Source: Octopus bimaculoides
Taxonomy: Eukaryota
Reading direction: 5' to 3'
DNA length: 54,807 bases
NCBI RefSeq assembly: GCF_001194135.2
Contig: NC_068984.1
Span: forward strand, 61,266,035 to 61,320,841
The notes beneath the pieces were generated by a model that did not search any database, was not told the origin of the DNA, and saw only the letters and a list, made by a program, of their open reading frames with translations. This document shows positions 50,729-54,807 of this stretch, in pieces. The first letter of the stretch is position 1. The number at the start of each line of letters is the position of its first letter. Made by a program: the position numbers and the translations under genes.

Positions 50729-51923
50729 ACTTTATCATATCATTATTGAAACCTTTTCTTCTTCCCTTACAGCATTCATGCGTTTTAACAAAGATCTTAC
50801 ACGCACACGCGCATAGAAACATATATTATCATTTCAATGTCTAAGTCCTCAACCTTGAATTGGTCAGATGAAAATATGTTAAGCAAAGTTTTCTAAGGTT
50901 GTTTTGCCTTACGCCAAACCGATCTATTTTCAAGCGAGTACTATTTCTCCATGTCATCGAACTACACACAGCTCGGACATGGTTACAAAGAGACTGAAAA
51001 AAAGCTATATTGTATGAATGAGCCTTTTGTTTACAAAGACCCTGTAAGATGTTAAGATTTACCAAGAATCCTGAACGTGCTTTTGCGATGAGCTGCAAAA
51101 ACCAGCATCGTCCGTCCATGTAAAAAGCGAGGCTATTTTTATCAATAATCGGACAAACGTGAAGGCGAAGGAATACATGAACATACAAATATTATATATA
51201 CATATAAGTTTAAATACGATGGGATTTTTCAGTTTCCGTCAACCAAATCCAAATATCTAAAACATTTGACTCTCGAAAATGGGAATTATAGCAATGTGCT
51301 GCTTCCTTAATTTACATGTTTGCAAGTTGCAACGGGTTAAAACAAAAGAAATCATATATTTCAATAGTTATAAGAATGTTTAAATTAGAGAACCAACATT
51401 AAAAATACACAATGTACAGATGAAAATCAATAGCACAATATCAGACAAGACAAAACTTTTCCGTCCAGCCATTTTACAGCTTTGTTAAAGTTGTATCTCT
51501 ATTGCAAACCATGCTAACAAATATTGAAAAAATATACATAAGCATATAAATAAATCAAATTTGAATTCTATAATGATATAGGAAAAATGGAAGTTCTTAC
51601 AAACGTTAGGTTTAAGCAATAACCACCATTAAAATCTGAAATGTGTTCATCGCCAATTTTAGTACAGTTTTCAAGGCGGATATAATGTTTTTACTTGTAT
51701 TTCATAATCAGTATGAAATCACAGTGTCTTATACATTTTTATTAAATCTTATATAACGCATATTTCAATTTAAAACGAAACACAAAGATTTCTAAAGTTT
51801 TGCTGTATTAATAATGTGTTTTGATCTAGCTTAAACAGCGATAATGTTTTAGTGTAGAGTCTCCTCTTGAGAGGAGGAACGCACCTTACCATACATGTCG
51901 GCACATATACCTATATGTTCATT

Positions 51924-51924
<1 letters not shown>

Positions 51925-51972
<48 letters not shown>
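51925..51972. repeat. (CA)n
   Basis: Directly visible. Confidence 0.95.
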
Positions 51973-51975
<3 letters not shown>

Positions 51976-52229
51976 TACATGCACACTATCGTACATAACA
52001 ATTGAGAAGTTGAAATGCTATGCTTCCCACGCAAGAATGGTGGTAGTGATCTGAAGACTGTATTCATGTCATATGAAGCACGTATCGGGACACTGAAGTA
52101 ACATCTGCAGCACAGGAAAGAGACCGGTAACATAATTAGGATAGCTAATTAACTTGAGGAGAGGTATTAAATAAGAACTGTTATGGATCTCTCCTCAAGA
52201 ATCATTGGTAAAATCTATTTATCAGAACA

Positions 52230-52660
52230 AAATTAAAAAGAAAATGGTACCGGTTTACTCAGAGGATAGTACATGGGTAAATGTCATGAAAATCACAAAC
52301 TCTAGAAGAGACTGATCATATCAAAAGCTTAGCAGAGGCTACCGACTAGTTTATGACATCACACTTCAAGGGTTACCTACATGAAATTTGAGAACAAGAG
52401 TTCCTCACCAAGTATCTACAGCATAAGGGGCAGGAACAGATGACAGACATCTGTAATCTGTGCAAGACCAAGACTGAATACATCAACCACATTATTGCCT
52501 AATGCAGGAGCATGTTTTCCAGATATTATATTCTTATGTGGCATGACGTGGTGGCCAGAACGATCTGAAACAAGATAACATAAAAGAAAGCACCTACATA
52601 CGAAGTATATCATATTAATACCAATGGGTGAAAAGAATACTGGTATAACTTAAAAATTAA
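52230..52660 (+). mobile_element. Decayed RLE-type (R4/NeSL-like) LINE, zinc-knuckle region
   Basis: TSHFKGYLHEI.EQEFLTKYL..DICNLCKTKTEYINHIIA.CRSMFSRYYILMWHDVVARTI. Confidence 0.7.
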
Positions 52661-53053
52661 AATAGTCACTAAGTTGTATGGGACTACAAAAAAAAGATAT
52701 GTTCTGTTATGGTTACAAAACTACATGCGAAAGAAGACGTTTGTGGACCATTAATAAGGAGTTTGTAGCTGAGATACACTTTCAGCTTCACACCTATTAT
52801 TATTGGAGCAACAGGGTACATACCAACGCATCAAAGTATGGTTGAACTTGAGTTCTTGAGGAGAGAATGTAAATCCTAAAATCATGCACTACAAACGATC
52901 ACGATTTCGGGGACTATGAAAATCTATAATACCTGTTTATGATTTAAAAGGATGATGGTTAAAGTATGAAGATGCCTTCATTCACAAACCTGCTACTACG
53001 CAGGCTGCCTGTCATAATTTAATCTAAATTAAAAAGATGAACAAATGAACATA

Positions 53054-53370
53054 CTGGTACCCTGTTGGTTACGGAGACGAGTGTTCCAGTTGATCCAATC
53101 CACGAAACAACGTTCTCATAAAATTAGCGTGCAAGTGTCTGAGCACTCCAACACGTCTCATTACGTATTTTGTGGAGAGAGTCAGCGTTGCCGACCGTGC
53201 AAAGACTGGCCCTTTGAATTAGAGGTACAAGTCATTTTTCCAGGTGAGTGGAATAAAGTATTACGTGAAATAAAGTGTCTTCGTCAAGGACAATACATAC
53301 CACCGAGAGTCGAACTGACGACCTTATTATCGTGGTCCGGATACCCAAAACACTAAGCCACGCGCCTTCA
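53054..53370 (-). mobile_element. tRNA-derived CORE-like SINE, family C
   Basis: Minus strand GAAGGCGCGTGGCTTAGTG..AGTTCGACTC..GTCCTTGACGAAGACACTT (CORE-like TGTCCTTGAGCAAGACACTT). Confidence 0.75.
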
Positions 53371-53619
53371 TATATACATGTGTAAATGCACACACATCAC
53401 ACACATAATACGAATATATAGTTATTCAAATATATACAAATGCATAAAAGTGTGTGTGTATATAAAAATATATATGTATATATACATACATATATGTGCG
53501 TATATACTCTTAGGCTATACTTTTAACTAACATTCGGTAGTTTATGCATGGGACAATATTTCATTAACATATAAAATACTACAAAAACAATATAAATATA
53601 TCATATATACGTATATGTT

Positions 53620-53629
53620 TATCTATCTA

Positions 53630-53709
<80 letters not shown>

Positions 53710-53760
53710 TGTGTGTGTGCATGTTTGTTTGTATACATATATTTGTGTGTGTTTACATTG
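53620..53760. repeat. (TATC)n(CT)n(TA)n(TG)n
   Basis: Directly visible. Confidence 0.9.
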
Positions 53761-54679
53761 TTTTCGTGTCTACATAATAATTTTAGGATAAACACTATGT
53801 ATTATGAAGCACCTATGGTAAAGATCTCAGTACAGGTAAAATAAATCATTATTATTCAATTATTCTTTTCTAACAAAAGCAGAGAAAGGTTTATTCAGAG
53901 TAATACTCAGTATAAAGATAATTCTCTAAAGATTTAAATTAAGTAATTATCAAAAAAAAAAAACATTTCAAACGGAATGGAAGTCCTATGACTTAAGACG
54001 CCTTTGAGAGTTAATGGTATAACACATATCACCTGAACTGTGAACCTGCTCTCAGAGGACGAAATTCAACGGTGGTTAGCATATTCTATTTTGATACGGT
54101 TGGAACCCATAAAGAATAAATATGTGAAAAGTTGGTTCGTTTCTTGTTCTCTGCACGCATGATAGTTTATAATTGGCTATACACACATACGGGTTAATTA
54201 CCGTAATGTTTTGCAGAATCGTGTAACTGCTGTGCATACCTACGTGTACACTAACACATCTAGTATGAATTAACGTGGAGCTGTATTCACACACATGAAT
54301 TTATACAGAAATATAGACCATCAGATTTCTAGCATGATAGCAGTTGTCAACATATTTGTTTCACTGAGGTGCGTTTGCAATAAAATGTGCGAAGTAAAAA
54401 AATGAACAGCATTATAATTTTGCATCAAATCTACAAATGCTCGCAACACCATATCGAATATCGGAAGCACAAGTCTATGAAAATATTATTAACTTAATAT
54501 ATTCTGTAGTTGTCTTTTCTTCATATGCGATGTGACGTGTTCTATTTCAAGTTATCAGAGAAATCTTCAACTACATATAATGATTCATTCTATTTTCTAT
54601 TACTCATTATAATAACAAATATCAAATGAAAAATATCTATTTCAATCTTTCATGATACACATAAACTCGTATGCATACT

Positions 54680-54750
54680 TACATACACACATATATACAT
54701 ACATACTTACATACATATGTATATATATTATATATATATGTATATACATG

Positions 54751-54800
<50 letters not shown>

Positions 54801-54807
54801 CATATAT
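54680..54807. repeat. (TA/CA/TG)n
   Basis: Directly visible. Confidence 0.9.

Noticed and set aside
50841-51188. 115-aa minus-strand ORF
   Set aside because: No recognisable domain or convincing exon structure.
2427-53370. tRNA-like A/B boxes as real tRNA genes
   Set aside because: All are SINE heads followed by SINE bodies; none forms a complete cloverleaf with a terminator.

Overview
AT-rich, microsatellite-dense animal genomic DNA with seven N-gaps. The repeat families look like those of octopus or a related coleoid cephalopod; this is inferred from recalled SINE sequences, not a database search. I found no convincing host protein-coding exon, and most of the ORF track is microsatellite or N-gap artefact. 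The window is a transposon graveyard: about 14 tRNA-derived SINE copies from three families, many fragments of R4/Dong-type (RT plus restriction-like endonuclease) LINEs often next to (TAA)n, an RTE 3' end, Penelope-like fragments with hammerhead-like motifs, two MITEs and a hAT transposase fragment. The most interesting signal is a set of Tx1/L1-type elements that encode only ORF1 (25382-27808, 33406-34537, and a truncated relative at 34553-35035). The first two are flanked by target-site duplications lying in or just after the A-box of tRNA-derived SINE heads. Both also share a 3' terminal motif with an ORF2-bearing Tx1/L1 3' end at 1-410. This suggests a non-autonomous half-L1-like family that may target Pol III SINE heads. 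A 230-bp, multi-hairpin GC-rich element at 45799-46025 is also unexplained. All alignments and translations were done by eye.
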